Below, piece after piece: positions 9,913-19,411 of a DNA stretch of 64,000 nt. The stretch is from an uncultured Nitrososphaerota archaeon. Lineage in GTDB: Archaea > Thermoproteota > Nitrososphaeria > Nitrososphaerales > Gagatemarchaeaceae. The stretch's first letter is position 1. Each line of letters opens with the position of its first letter. Location of the stretch: the NCBI GenBank assembly GCA_963703285.1, contig OY969807.1, forward strand, positions 480,001-544,000, read 5' to 3'. Below the pieces are notes generated by a model. The model was not told the DNA's origin, made no database searches, and was given only the letters and a program-made list of their open reading frames with translations. The translations under genes were made by a program, and so were the position numbers.

Positions 9913-11193
9913 TCACGCGGCTTGGGTGGTCGGGGCGGGCTCGGCCTGCTCACCTCGGGCCCTCGACACCCTCCTGTACGCGGGAAGGATGGCCAGATAG
10001 AGGACGACGAAGATCGGGAGGACCACTGCGGCCACCTCCACTATGCCCTCGACCACCCCCGAGAAGAGCGCCCAGACGAACCCCCCGAAGGCCGCGACGC
10101 CCGAGGTGACGGGCGGACTCGTAACCTGCACCACTATCCAGGCGAGGGAGACGTTCCCAGACTGGTCCGTGGCGCTGACGGTCACGTTGTACCTCCCGGG
10201 CTGCGTGAACTGGTGGATGAGCTGCTGCCCCTGGGCGGACGTTCCGTCACCGAAGTTGTAGTTGACGATGTAAGGCTGGACCCCTCCGCTGACGACGGCG
10301 TTGAAGGTTACGCTGAGGGGGCTCATGCCCTTCAGGGGCGTCGCGGACAGCTTGACGACCAGCGGTACCACGGTCAGCGGCACCGAGGTCTGGAACACGA
10401 TGCCTATCGTGGCGTAGTCGATGAGGCGGGCCGTCTCTAGGATGCTGCTCTCGACCGAGTTGATCTGGGCGTCCGTCTTCTGGAGGACGGACTCGATGTT
10501 CAGGGTCGCGTTGACGGAGGTCGACTCTCCCAACAGCTTGATGAGAGAGGTCTGCTCGGTGAGGAGGGACTGGAGCGTCGCGTTGAGGTCGGTGTACTGG
10601 ACCGTGACGTCGTCGCTCGACGAGGAGGAGCTGATCACGCTACCGAGAGCCTCGAGCTGGGTCATCGCCTGCTCGAAGTTCTGTGCGGGTATCCGCAGCG
10701 TCATCGTCGCGTAGGAGCCGGAGTAGGTGGAGGACGCCACGTATCCGCCCAGCGAGGCTGCAATCTCGCTCGCCTTCTGCTGGGATGCGGAAGGTTGGCT
10801 GACGTTGAGGGTGAGGTTGCTGAAGAACTCGATGTCGGCGCCGGAAGAGGAGCCGCTGCTGTTGGTCGTTGCCGCGGCCCCGATCGAGGCTTCCCCAGTA
10901 CTGGTGGCGACGGTCGTCGTCGAAGCCGAGGTCTCGGTCGTAGCCACGCCAATCACGGTGGTAGACGGAGTCGCCGACCCGGTCGACGATGCCCCAGAGA
11001 AGCCGAACTGACTAGTCAGACCTCCCAGAACCGTCGTCCAGGGAGACCGCGCGGAGGCCGCGGAGTCGCTCGAGTAGAGCGCTCCAGGCTCTCCCCTCAG
11101 GGCGGGGATTAGGACGCCGACGACCCCCCCGCCTATTAGGAGAATTACAGCAAGGACGACGACCGCCTTCGGATTGCCTCTCTTGGGGTCCAA
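9913..11193 (-). CDS. DUF4349-domain surface protein with PKD domain and C-terminal TM
   Basis: LGGYV..., LRIPAQNFE, DVTVQYTDL; PKD motif YNFGDG...HQFTQPGRY; TM at both ends. Confidence 0.85.
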   Translation of the reverse strand: MDPKRGNPKAVVVLAVILLIGGGVVGVLIPALRGEPGALYSSDSAASARSPWTTVLGGLTSQFGFSGASSTGSATPSTTVIGVATTETSASTTTVATSTGEASIGAAATTNSSGSSSGADIEFFSNLTLNVSQPSASQQKASEIAASLGGYVASSTYSGSYATMTLRIPAQNFEQAMTQLEALGSVISSSSSSDDVTVQYTDLNATLQSLLTEQTSLIKLLGESTSVNATLNIESVLQKTDAQINSVESSILETARLIDYATIGIVFQTSVPLTVVPLVVKLSATPLKGMSPLSVTFNAVVSGGVQPYIVNYNFGDGTSAQGQQLIHQFTQPGRYNVTVSATDQSGNVSLAWIVVQVTSPPVTSGVAAFGGFVWALFSGVVEGIVEVAAVVLPIFVVLYLAILPAYRRVSRARGEQAEPAPTTQAA

Positions 11194-11225
11194 CGACCTC
11201 CCCAGGACCGGGGAGATGTGATGAC

Positions 11226-11251
11226 CTTTTGTCCCATCACTCGGACAAAAG
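11226..11251. promoter_or_regulatory. Perfect 9-bp inverted repeat CTTTTGTCC-N8-GGACAAAAG, putative operator
   Basis: Seen directly between divergent genes, abutting a TATTTATC box at 11252. Confidence 0.6.
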
Positions 11252-11285
11252 TATTTATCAGAAAACGACCGTTTCTCTCCGCCTT

Positions 11286-12071
11286 ATGAAGACCTCCTCC
11301 TACGCCTTGGCGGTCCTCGTCGGATTCGCCCTGGTCAACACGGTCTTTCTGGGCGCGTACCTCTTCTCATCATCGACTCCCGCGTTGGCCGCCTCCGCGA
11401 CCACCTCCACACTTTCGTTCACTGTCTCCAGCACGACGACGTTCACGGCAACCTCGACCGAGACATTCGCAAGCAGCACGACGACCCAGAACTCGGCCTC
11501 GAACTCCGCGGCCAGCTCGTCCCAGACTTCGCAGCCCGTTACGACCACCACAACGACCGTACGCCAGAGCGTCTCGAGCACCTCGCCCAGCTTCGCCGCG
11601 TCGGGCGCCTCGGCTGCGGGCGTCGGCGGGTTCACCCTCCTCTCGGTGGCGGCATTCCTGGAGAAGCACTCCCTGGCGATCGCCCCGACCAGCTGGGTCG
11701 CTGTCGGCGGGATGTGGATCTGGAGGGGCAGGATGAGGTCGCGCTGGACGGACCTCGGGTTCGACTCGGACGTCTTCGGGCTCTTCGTCAAGATGAAGGG
11801 AGGGAAGACGCGTTTGAGGCTCCTGGACGCGCTGTCCCTTCCAAAGGACAGGCTCCAGCTAGCCCAGGAGCTCGGCCTCGACTGGAAGGGGGTTGACAGG
11901 CACCTCGTGCTCATGAAGAAGTACGGGTTCGTGGTGGACAAGGTCGCCTACGGGAAGGTCAGGATGTACGAGCTGACACCGATGGGCACTTCGCTGCTGA
12001 AGCTCCTTCAGGAGCTGTCCAGGGAGGAGGGGCGGCAGGGCGTCCCTGGGCAGCGGCTGTACGACAACTGA
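11286..12071 (+). CDS. Membrane-tethered ArsR-like winged-helix regulator
   Basis: N-terminal TM, Ser/Thr-rich linker, second hydrophobic region, then MKGGKTRLRLL...QLAQELGLDWKGVDRHL...YELT. Confidence 0.8.
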   Translation: MKTSSYALAVLVGFALVNTVFLGAYLFSSSTPALAASATTSTLSFTVSSTTTFTATSTETFASSTTTQNSASNSAASSSQTSQPVTTTTTTVRQSVSSTSPSFAASGASAAGVGGFTLLSVAAFLEKHSLAIAPTSWVAVGGMWIWRGRMRSRWTDLGFDSDVFGLFVKMKGGKTRLRLLDALSLPKDRLQLAQELGLDWKGVDRHLVLMKKYGFVVDKVAYGKVRMYELTPMGTSLLKLLQELSREEGRQGVPGQRLYDN

Positions 12072-12153
12072 GAGCGCGGTCCGTCGCCAAGGCGGCCTGC
12101 CTTTCCGCAAGGTTAATTATTCGGTGCCGGTCGCGGGGCATCGAGTGAACTAG

Positions 12154-12501
12154 ATGGGCGGAACAAAGAAGAAGACCCTGGCCTCCATGGAGAAGACCCA
12201 GAACGAGGAAGGGGAGGTGCAGGCTGACGGCTCCAGGAAGAAGGTCGAGAAGACAAAGGCTGCCGTCGGCGAGAGGAAGAGGGTCGAGGTCCTGATGCCG
12301 AAGATGGGCGAGCAGGAGATGTTCAAGTCGCTCTCTTCGCAGAAGGCGATCACGATTTACTCGGCAGCTAGGAGCCTCAACGTGAGCGCGTCGATAGCGA
12401 GGACGATCCTGGGTTCGCTCGAGTCAAAGGGAATGCTACACAGGGTCGGCGGGTTCAGCGGGCACTACGTCTGGGCGCCTTCGCTCACTTCCCGCACCTG
12501 A
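12154..12501 (+). CDS. rps25e: 30S ribosomal protein S25e
   Basis: MGGTKKK N-terminus; ITIYSAARSLNVSASIAR helix-turn-helix. Confidence 0.85.
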   Translation: MGGTKKKTLASMEKTQNEEGEVQADGSRKKVEKTKAAVGERKRVEVLMPKMGEQEMFKSLSSQKAITIYSAARSLNVSASIARTILGSLESKGMLHRVGGFSGHYVWAPSLTSRT

Positions 12502-12863
12502 ACTATCTCCATACTGTCACCCGCAGACAGCGACTCGAAGACCTCGAGTCCTCCCTCGACCTTCCCGAGGGGGTTCAGGGGGCTCTGGCTCTTCGCGTTC
12601 GACAAGAAGAAGCAGAGCGAGCCGTTCGCGGCAAGGAAGGCGACGTCGCCCTTGGTGAACTCGAACCTCTGCTTCTCGACGCCAGCCTTGATTCCGGTGA
12701 GCAGACAGACCATCGCCCTGGGGTAGATGGTGACGCGCGCGTTGATTGGCAACTCCCTGAGGACCGCGCTCACCGTCACAGGTGCGAGGTGCTTGTAGAC
12801 GTCGAACTTCAGCTCGCCCTTGCCCCTGACGATGGCTCTGCACTCTACCTTCGATACCGACAT
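12465..12863 (-). CDS. Cyclophilin-like fold protein (TM1367/DUF369-like)
   Basis: HLAPVTV, GVEKQR..F.KGDVAF and NPLGKV. Confidence 0.75.
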   Translation of the reverse strand: MSVSKVECRAIVRGKGELKFDVYKHLAPVTVSAVLRELPINARVTIYPRAMVCLLTGIKAGVEKQRFEFTKGDVAFLAANGSLCFFLSNAKSQSPLNPLGKVEGGLEVFESLSAGDSMEIVQVREVSEGAQT

Positions 12864-13024
12864 TGCATCTCCTCTCCGCTCCTGCTCTCCATGGGCGCGG
12901 ATTCAGAGCGCCCTTTCGGTCCTATTTCATGCTTGTGCCCCAGCGGGCCCGCCGGGCGCACAACGCCCATCACAAACTTTATACAAGCGCCCCAAAGCGG
13001 CTTGAGCGTTCTCGAGGGTATTGG

Positions 13025-13321
13025 TTGTCCCCAGCAGTTACTTCGCGCGATAAAAAGAAACCTCGACGCGCGGTTGAAGAAGGTTTCGAGATCAAGATAG
13101 GGCCTCCAAAGCTCACGCGCTTCGAGAAGGCGAGAATCATAGGCGCTCGGTCGCTGCAGCTCGCCATGGGCGCGCCCTTCTTCGTCCCCGTGGACGAGAC
13201 CACCAAGGACCCGATATTCCTCGCGATGACGGAGCTCGCGAGCGAGGCTCTCCCGCTCTCCGTCAGGCGCACGCTCCCCAACGGCGAGTACCAGGACATC
13301 CCCGTCCGCTATCTTCTCTAG
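13025..13321 (+). CDS. rpoK: DNA-directed RNA polymerase subunit K (Rpo6)
   Basis: [22 protein letters not shown] and RRTLPNG. Confidence 0.95.
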   Translation: MSPAVTSRDKKKPRRAVEEGFEIKIGPPKLTRFEKARIIGARSLQLAMGAPFFVPVDETTKDPIFLAMTELASEALPLSVRRTLPNGEYQDIPVRYLL

Positions 13322-13392
13322 GCCTGCGGCTCTCGTGTGGACGATTCGTCTAGTCACGCATAAATAGGCACTGAGCGTCGGCGGCGGCCAAC

Positions 13393-13755
13393 ATGTCCAG
13401 CAAGCCAAACAATCGGGCTCCCACTGGGGAACGCGCACCGGGCGCAGACCAGCCAGAAGAAGAGATGCCACCGCCAAGCGGAATGGCACAGAACCACATC
13501 TACGTGGGCAAGAAGCCGGTGATGAGCTACGCAATGTCTGCCCTGATACAGCTGTCGCAGGCAGGCGAGGTCGTCATCAAGGCCAGAGGCCTTGCCATCG
13601 GAAGGGCGGTCGACGTGGCTGAGATCGTCACCAAGAGGCTCGGGAACGGCGCCTTCGCGGTGAAGAACATCGCCATCAGCACAGAGCAGGTTAAGAGCGT
13701 CGACACCGGCGAGATGAGGAACGTCTCCTCCATCGAGATCCTCGTCGGAAAGTAG
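13393..13755 (+). CDS. albA: DNA/RNA-binding protein Alba
   Basis: IYVGKKPVMSY, IKARGLAIGRAVDVAE and VSSIEI. Confidence 0.95.
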   Translation: MSSKPNNRAPTGERAPGADQPEEEMPPPSGMAQNHIYVGKKPVMSYAMSALIQLSQAGEVVIKARGLAIGRAVDVAEIVTKRLGNGAFAVKNIAISTEQVKSVDTGEMRNVSSIEILVGK

Positions 13756-14134
13756 GGGCCCAGGCCCGGCCACCAACGGGGCGGCGGACGGGTAGTAATG
13801 GTGCTAGAAGAACCACTCTCGCGCTAGGGCTTATGTTCAACTGGCCGCGTCCTTCTAGCTCGTGTTCGACCCTTCGCTTTTCCGTCGCGAGAGAAGTCTC
13901 TCCTCTGGAAGGTCGTCGAGGTCTTCGGTCCATCCCGCCGCGATTCAGCCGGCTGTCGCAGAGTGGCCGCGAGATGGCTGACGCCGCGTTCGCGAAGCTT
14001 TCCCTGGCGACGACGTCTCCCTCTGACAAGACGGCTGGTCGAAGAGCCTCGACCGGGCCGCGTCGCGCGACGAAAAATTTTTCGCGGGGGGATAAATTTT
14101 TAAGCGAAACTTTCGATACTATCGACACAAACAA

Positions 14135-15472
14135 TTGCCTGAACCTCGGACTCAGCCGGTAACGAAGACCCGGAGTCTGACGACACCAAAGTTCAATGAC
14201 CAGGATTTGTACAGTCTGGCCGAGAAATTTGGCACACCCTATTTCCTGATGGACGAGACGGTCCTGAGAGAAAACGTACGCGAGATCGAAGAAGCGTACC
14301 AGGGCTTCAAGGGGCCCTTCAGGGTTGCTTACTCGATAAAGGCGAACTTCAACCCGGCCGTGATAAAGACGTTCGTCTCCGAAGGGATAATGTTCGACCT
14401 GACGGCGGCGAACGAGCTCTACTTCCTCCTGAAGTGCGGCGGGTCACCCGAGAACGTGATCTACACCTCCATCACGGAGACGGAGGCCGAGTTTGAGGAC
14501 CTGATCTCCCGCGGGGTGAGGAAGATAGTCGTCTCGAGCTACAACGGACTGCTCAATCTCATCGAGGCCGCGACGAAGATCGGAGGCGAGGTCAAGACCC
14601 TGATCAGGGTCAATCCCGAGGTTCACGTCAAGGCGGAGCTCAGGTTCTCGATACGCCACGGTAAGTTCGGAGTGCCGCTCGAGTCGATCGACGAGGACGG
14701 GGCCATGTTCATGCTCAAGAAGATACTCGACACGCCCTCGCTGGGGTTCGACGGTTTCCACTTCCACCTCGGCAGCCAGATCGAGGACCCCTCCTGCTAC
14801 TCTGAGGCGCTCGAGAAGCTCGAGGCCTTCATCCTGAACGCGAGGAGGAGCCTCGGCGAGTTCCCCATCAACACGCTCGACATCGGAGGAGGTCTCCCCA
14901 CGTCCTATGGGAGGAGCGTCCCTTCCCCGGCGGACTTCTCGGCCAAGATACTCGAGCAGCTGAGCAGCCTCGCTGAGAGCTTCGGGAGCAAGTTCACCCT
15001 GATCGTCGAGAGCGGAAGGTTCCTCTCCGCGGGCTCGGGCGTGATGGTCTCGAAGATAGTGAACGTCAAGAGGTTCAACGAGAACAGGTACGTCTACGTC
15101 GACGCCGGGTACCACGACCTGGCGGACTCCGCGCTTCTGAGGCACGAGTATCCGGTGGAGGTAATCCCGGGAGGGAGCGCGTCGCAGCAGAAGACCATCC
15201 TGGTCGGACGGCTCTGCGACTCTCTCGACGTCTTCACGACCTCGAGCAGGTCGAAGCTGGGAGGAGCCGAGGTGGGGAAGCTTGTCGTCTTCAGGGGAGC
15301 GGGAGCATACTCGGTAGTGCTCGCGTCCCCGTTCCACTGCCAGCCGAAGCCGTACGTGCTCATGAGGGACGCGCAGGGGAGCTACAGCGTCATCAGGAAG
15401 GGGCAGACCATTGAGGAGCTCTTCGACGAGGAGGGCGGCGCTCTTCTCCAGGGACCCGAGCCAAAGCAATAA
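14135..15472 (+). CDS. lysA: Diaminopimelate decarboxylase
   Basis: YSIKAN (PLP Lys), HFHLGSQ, DIGGG, ESGR, GRLCDSLD and GAY. Confidence 0.88.
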   Translation: MPEPRTQPVTKTRSLTTPKFNDQDLYSLAEKFGTPYFLMDETVLRENVREIEEAYQGFKGPFRVAYSIKANFNPAVIKTFVSEGIMFDLTAANELYFLLKCGGSPENVIYTSITETEAEFEDLISRGVRKIVVSSYNGLLNLIEAATKIGGEVKTLIRVNPEVHVKAELRFSIRHGKFGVPLESIDEDGAMFMLKKILDTPSLGFDGFHFHLGSQIEDPSCYSEALEKLEAFILNARRSLGEFPINTLDIGGGLPTSYGRSVPSPADFSAKILEQLSSLAESFGSKFTLIVESGRFLSAGSGVMVSKIVNVKRFNENRYVYVDAGYHDLADSALLRHEYPVEVIPGGSASQQKTILVGRLCDSLDVFTTSSRSKLGGAEVGKLVVFRGAGAYSVVLASPFHCQPKPYVLMRDAQGSYSVIRKGQTIEELFDEEGGALLQGPEPKQ

Positions 15473-15500
15473 GACGACCACCGGTGCCCTACGTCAAGGC

Positions 15501-15878
15501 GTGCCTCTCTCGAGGATAGCAAAGGTCATACTGTCTGTGAATGACCTCGAAAAGTCGGTGGCCTTCTACCGCGACGTCCTGGGGATGACGAAGTCCAGCA
15601 CCCCGGGTGAGTTCGCGTTCCTTGATGGAGGAGGCGTGACACTGGCCCTGAGGAGCGCGGCGAGGGCAGGCCCCGTCATCCCGGGAGGTGTAGAGATCTC
15701 GTTCGAGGTCGGAGATGTCGGCGCCACCTATCAAGAGCTGAAGTCGAAGGGCGTCACCTTCCCGTACCCGCCTCGTGCCGTCACGCACAGCGGAGACATG
15801 GAGCTGCTCGCTACGGACTTCCGTGACCCCGACGGCCACGTCCTCTCGATCACAGGGTGGGTCCCGAGGCGACGCTAG
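15501..15878 (+). CDS. VOC/glyoxalase family protein
   Basis: VNDLEKSVAFYRDVLG and FRDPDGH. Confidence 0.88.
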   Translation: MPLSRIAKVILSVNDLEKSVAFYRDVLGMTKSSTPGEFAFLDGGGVTLALRSAARAGPVIPGGVEISFEVGDVGATYQELKSKGVTFPYPPRAVTHSGDMELLATDFRDPDGHVLSITGWVPRRR

Positions 15879-15957
15879 CGTCTCCTGCGGTTGCTTGGAC
15901 TCCCGTGCTATCTAGGCCCGGTCCTGGTCGAACATCTCTGGGTCAGTCGTTCTTTGG

Positions 15958-17184
15958 CTAGACGATTGAGAGGGCCCTGGAGAGGACGTCGGCGCCCCGG
16001 AGGGTCCCCAGGCTGCCCTTCTCCGCGTCACCCTCCGTGAACCTGCAGCAGTCCCGGTCTCTTTGCGTCGTGGTGACCATGAGGGGAACTGGGTCGCTCG
16101 AGTGCATCTTCAACACGCAGGGAGTCGAGTGGTCACAGGAGACAGCGAACTTGGCGTCACCCGCCCTGATGGAACCGAAGAAGACGTCGTCGATCGACTC
16201 GATGTTCTTCTTCTTCCCCGTGGCGTCTCCGTCGTGGCCGAACTCGTCGGGGCCCTTGATGTGCGCATAGACGATGGAGCCCTCTGAGAGCTCGCGGTTG
16301 AACAGCTCCGCCTTCCCTTGCAGGTCCCTGTGGTCCTTGACGGTTACTTCCTTCATGCCCAGCAACCTCGCAATCCCCACCTCGGCGGGCATCTCCACCA
16401 GCGCTACCCCCTTTACACCGTACTTCTCTCTGAAGGGCTGGACGACCGGGACGTGGTCGCTGGCGTCGCGGAGCAGGAGGAGGTTGGCTGGCTTCTTTCC
16501 CTGCCTCGTTCGCTCTGAGTTGACGGCGGACGAATCCAGGACCTTCGTCGCGAGGGAGAGGAACTCGTTGACCAGCTGGGCCGCCCTGGCCGCGCCGCGC
16601 GACCTGGCGATGGGCTTTGAGGTCTGCACCTTCTCGGGTCCGGAGACCTTGCGAGCGGCGCCAAACCAGCGCGTTCGCGAGTAGGCTGGGTCGGTGTTGG
16701 TTATCTCGGCCGAGAGCCGCCCGCCCCCCCTGATGACCAGTACCGCCCGGTAGCCCACGGTGCTCCTGAACTCGAACTCCCCGCCGTCGAGCTTGATGCC
16801 GTTCAGATCTTCCTCCAGGGAGAGTGCTTCCTTCTTCGTCAGGTCCCGACCTGCCCGCCTGTCGGTGATGTATCCTCCCTCGGCCGTTGCGAAGTTGGCC
16901 CTGACAGCCAGGTCCCCGTCCTTGAAGCGGACGCCGGCGCCGATGGACTCGACGACGCCACGGCCAGGATAACCGCTCGGAAACGCGTAGCCCAGCATGT
17001 TGAAGACGGCGATGTCCGACTCGGGGGCAACCCCCCTCCCCACCGTGACGACGCGCCCCATCCTTGACCTCCCGGCGAGCGCGTCCATGTGAGGCGTGCT
17101 GGCTGCCTCGAGCGGGGTCGTGAAATTCAGCGACGGGACGGGCCTGTCGGCGCACCCGTCGAGCAGGACGTATCCGAACTTCAT
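15958..17184 (-). CDS. apgM: 2,3-bisphosphoglycerate-independent phosphoglycerate mutase
   Basis: LDGCAD, APESD, DRRAGR, HIKGPDEFGHDG and DHSTP. Confidence 0.93.
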   Translation of the reverse strand: MKFGYVLLDGCADRPVPSLNFTTPLEAASTPHMDALAGRSRMGRVVTVGRGVAPESDIAVFNMLGYAFPSGYPGRGVVESIGAGVRFKDGDLAVRANFATAEGGYITDRRAGRDLTKKEALSLEEDLNGIKLDGGEFEFRSTVGYRAVLVIRGGGRLSAEITNTDPAYSRTRWFGAARKVSGPEKVQTSKPIARSRGAARAAQLVNEFLSLATKVLDSSAVNSERTRQGKKPANLLLLRDASDHVPVVQPFREKYGVKGVALVEMPAEVGIARLLGMKEVTVKDHRDLQGKAELFNRELSEGSIVYAHIKGPDEFGHDGDATGKKKNIESIDDVFFGSIRAGDAKFAVSCDHSTPCVLKMHSSDPVPLMVTTTQRDRDCCRFTEGDAEKGSLGTLRGADVLSRALSIV

Positions 17185-17279
17185 GTCGTCAGGGCGCTCC
17201 GGCGTCGAGCGTTATGTGTCTTTTTTCGACGGGGTCCTGAGAAACGATATATCTCATCGAAGCCGACCCGACAGTCACA

Positions 17280-18314
17280 ATGGTCGAGATAAGGAAGGAC
17301 TACTTCACTGAGCGGCTCTCCATAGTCACCAGTGATGCCAGGGCTACCCGCGTCCCGGCAAGGCATCTCGACCACGAGAAGTGCCCATTCTGTCCGGGGA
17401 ACGAGGCGATGACGCCGCCGGCGGACCTGGTACTGGTCAAGATGGGCAACACGCTGGTAAAGCAGACCGACACGGAGGGGGAGCGAATCACCGGGTGGGT
17501 AGTGCGCGTCTTCCAGAACAAGTACCCGGTGGTGACGCCCAACGCCCCGGCGTCCTACGGCGAGTATCCCCACTACAGCGAGCCGGCCGTAGGCTACCAC
17601 TACGTCGTCGTGGCCTCGCCCAAGCACGAGGATTCTTTCGCGAAGCTGACCATAGACCAGTGGACCGACCTGCTGGCCACGATGCAGGACAAGGTGCGCT
17701 GGCTCTACGCCCAGAGGGGCGTCAGCTACGTCGCGACGTTCATCAACTACGGGAAGGGCTCCGGACAGACGGTCGACCACGCGCACGTGCAGCTCGTCAC
17801 GCTGCCGAGGCTGCCCCCGGTCGTGGAGACCGAGGCCGCCATGGTCCAGAACTCCTTGAACGAGCTCGGTGTCTGCCCAATGTGCCAGGTCGTGGCGTCG
17901 GAGAGCGGGGGTCCGAGGCAGATCCTCTCGACCGAGTTCTACATCGCGTTCGCGCCGTGGGCGTCGGCGCACTCCTACGAGTTCTGGATCTACCCGAAGC
18001 GCCACCAGACGAGCATACTCAAGCTCTCACAGAAGGAGCTCAACGACCTTTCCCTCCTTCTCAGGTCCACGCTCGGGGGGATGTCGAAGGTCCTGGGCGA
18101 CTGCGGCTTCAACCTGGTGATACACAGCTCGTCGGAGAAGAAGACGACGAAGCAGATCCACTGGCACGTCGAGGTCTATCCCAGGCTGTCGACCTGGGCG
18201 GGCCTGGAGCTCGGCACGGGGATCTTCGTCAACGAGGTCTCTCCGGAGGCCGCCGCCGAGCAGCTCGGCGCGGCGAGCAGGAAGGAGCTCGCGCAGATGG
18301 TCGGCATCACCTAG
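17280..18314 (+). CDS. galT: Galactose-1-phosphate uridylyltransferase family (GalT/HIT)
   Basis: CPFCPGNE, NKYP, HAHVQ and HWHVEVYPR. Confidence 0.88.
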   Translation: MVEIRKDYFTERLSIVTSDARATRVPARHLDHEKCPFCPGNEAMTPPADLVLVKMGNTLVKQTDTEGERITGWVVRVFQNKYPVVTPNAPASYGEYPHYSEPAVGYHYVVVASPKHEDSFAKLTIDQWTDLLATMQDKVRWLYAQRGVSYVATFINYGKGSGQTVDHAHVQLVTLPRLPPVVETEAAMVQNSLNELGVCPMCQVVASESGGPRQILSTEFYIAFAPWASAHSYEFWIYPKRHQTSILKLSQKELNDLSLLLRSTLGGMSKVLGDCGFNLVIHSSSEKKTTKQIHWHVEVYPRLSTWAGLELGTGIFVNEVSPEAAAEQLGAASRKELAQMVGIT

Positions 18315-19338
18315 TCTTCTTCAGCTCGTCGATGAGCCCTATGCCGAACGGCTCCACGCCCCTGAGGATGGCCGCGTAGTATGAGGCTACGTCGAGCGTG
18401 TAGCAGAGGTTCATCAGCTCCGCCAGGTTGCCGTTGCCGCTCGCGCTGACCCTCGTCTCGCGGACCCCCCTGCGCGCTAGCATCAGGCCGAAGGCCTCCA
18501 GCGACCTCGTCTCGGATCTCGGGTCGCCAGGTCGCCCCAGGATCACGGGCCGCTCGCGCGCATCCGGGAACTCCCAGGCTTCCACCTCGTTGTGCAGGAA
18601 GTCGGGGGCTGCGGCGAACGACGCCCGCATCTTAGCGTTCTCGTTCAGGCTGTTCTTGAACCTCCTGGCCACGCTCTTGGTGACCGACGTCGCGTAGACG
18701 CAGGGCTCCGTGTCGCTCACCTCAGACGCCAGGAGCTTTGACGGGTTCTCCACCGTGGGGACTTTGACGCCGATCCGTTCCCAGGTGCTCTTCATCGTCG
18801 CGACCGTCTCGTCCACCTCCCACTCGATCCCCTCGAGGAGCGAGGCGGATCGGAGGACGGCCACCGAGGCGAAGAGGCTGTACGGCAAGCTGAACCTCGG
18901 CGCCTTGGTCAGCTTGATCGCGACGTGGGGCACACCCTCGCTCTCGGCCATCTCCCTCAGCCTCCCGCCTGCCGAGATCGCGACGGTGTCTGGATGGCTC
19001 CCCATAACCCCGCGCCACATCTGGAGGGTCTCCTCGGTGTCGCCGGAGGTGCTGCAGACGACCACGAGAGCGTTCTCGAGGTGGACCTTCGGCAGGTTTC
19101 CGCGATACACGGAGACTTCGACCCTGCCCGACGAGAGGAACCAGTCGGAGATTATGTCGCCGGCGGTCGCGGAACCGCCCACAGCCAGGTAGATGACCCT
19201 GTCGTAGGGTCTTTGCCTGACATCGACGACCGTCTTCAGGGCGTCCTCGACGTTTGCGGGCCAACCCTCGTAAAGCTCGAATACTCTCCTCGGCTCAACC
19301 CTGACAACCTCTTCAGGAGAGAGTTTGTCTACTTGCAA
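18307..19338 (-). CDS. Bifunctional phosphoglucose/phosphomannose isomerase (SIS)
   Basis: VGGSA, STSGDTEET, LNENAK and HNEVE. Confidence 0.88.
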   Translation of the reverse strand: MQVDKLSPEEVVRVEPRRVFELYEGWPANVEDALKTVVDVRQRPYDRVIYLAVGGSATAGDIISDWFLSSGRVEVSVYRGNLPKVHLENALVVVCSTSGDTEETLQMWRGVMGSHPDTVAISAGGRLREMAESEGVPHVAIKLTKAPRFSLPYSLFASVAVLRSASLLEGIEWEVDETVATMKSTWERIGVKVPTVENPSKLLASEVSDTEPCVYATSVTKSVARRFKNSLNENAKMRASFAAAPDFLHNEVEAWEFPDARERPVILGRPGDPRSETRSLEAFGLMLARRGVRETRVSASGNGNLAELMNLCYTLDVASYYAAILRGVEPFGIGLIDELKKTR

Positions 19339-19411
19339 ATTCCCAGGACTCGTTCTTGCTGCCCCGGGACTCCAAAACCCTCCCATTTAAGCTGCTCAGG
19401 GCAGGAGAGGG

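Noticed and set aside
13756-14070. Possible SRP RNA, RNase P RNA or lysine riboswitch between alba and lysA (GCCCAGGCCCGG; GGGAAAGCTTC on the minus strand)
   Set aside because: The SRP helix-8 continuation (GGAAGGGAGCAG) and the RNase P 3' conserved motif are absent; cannot be supported without a covariance-model search.
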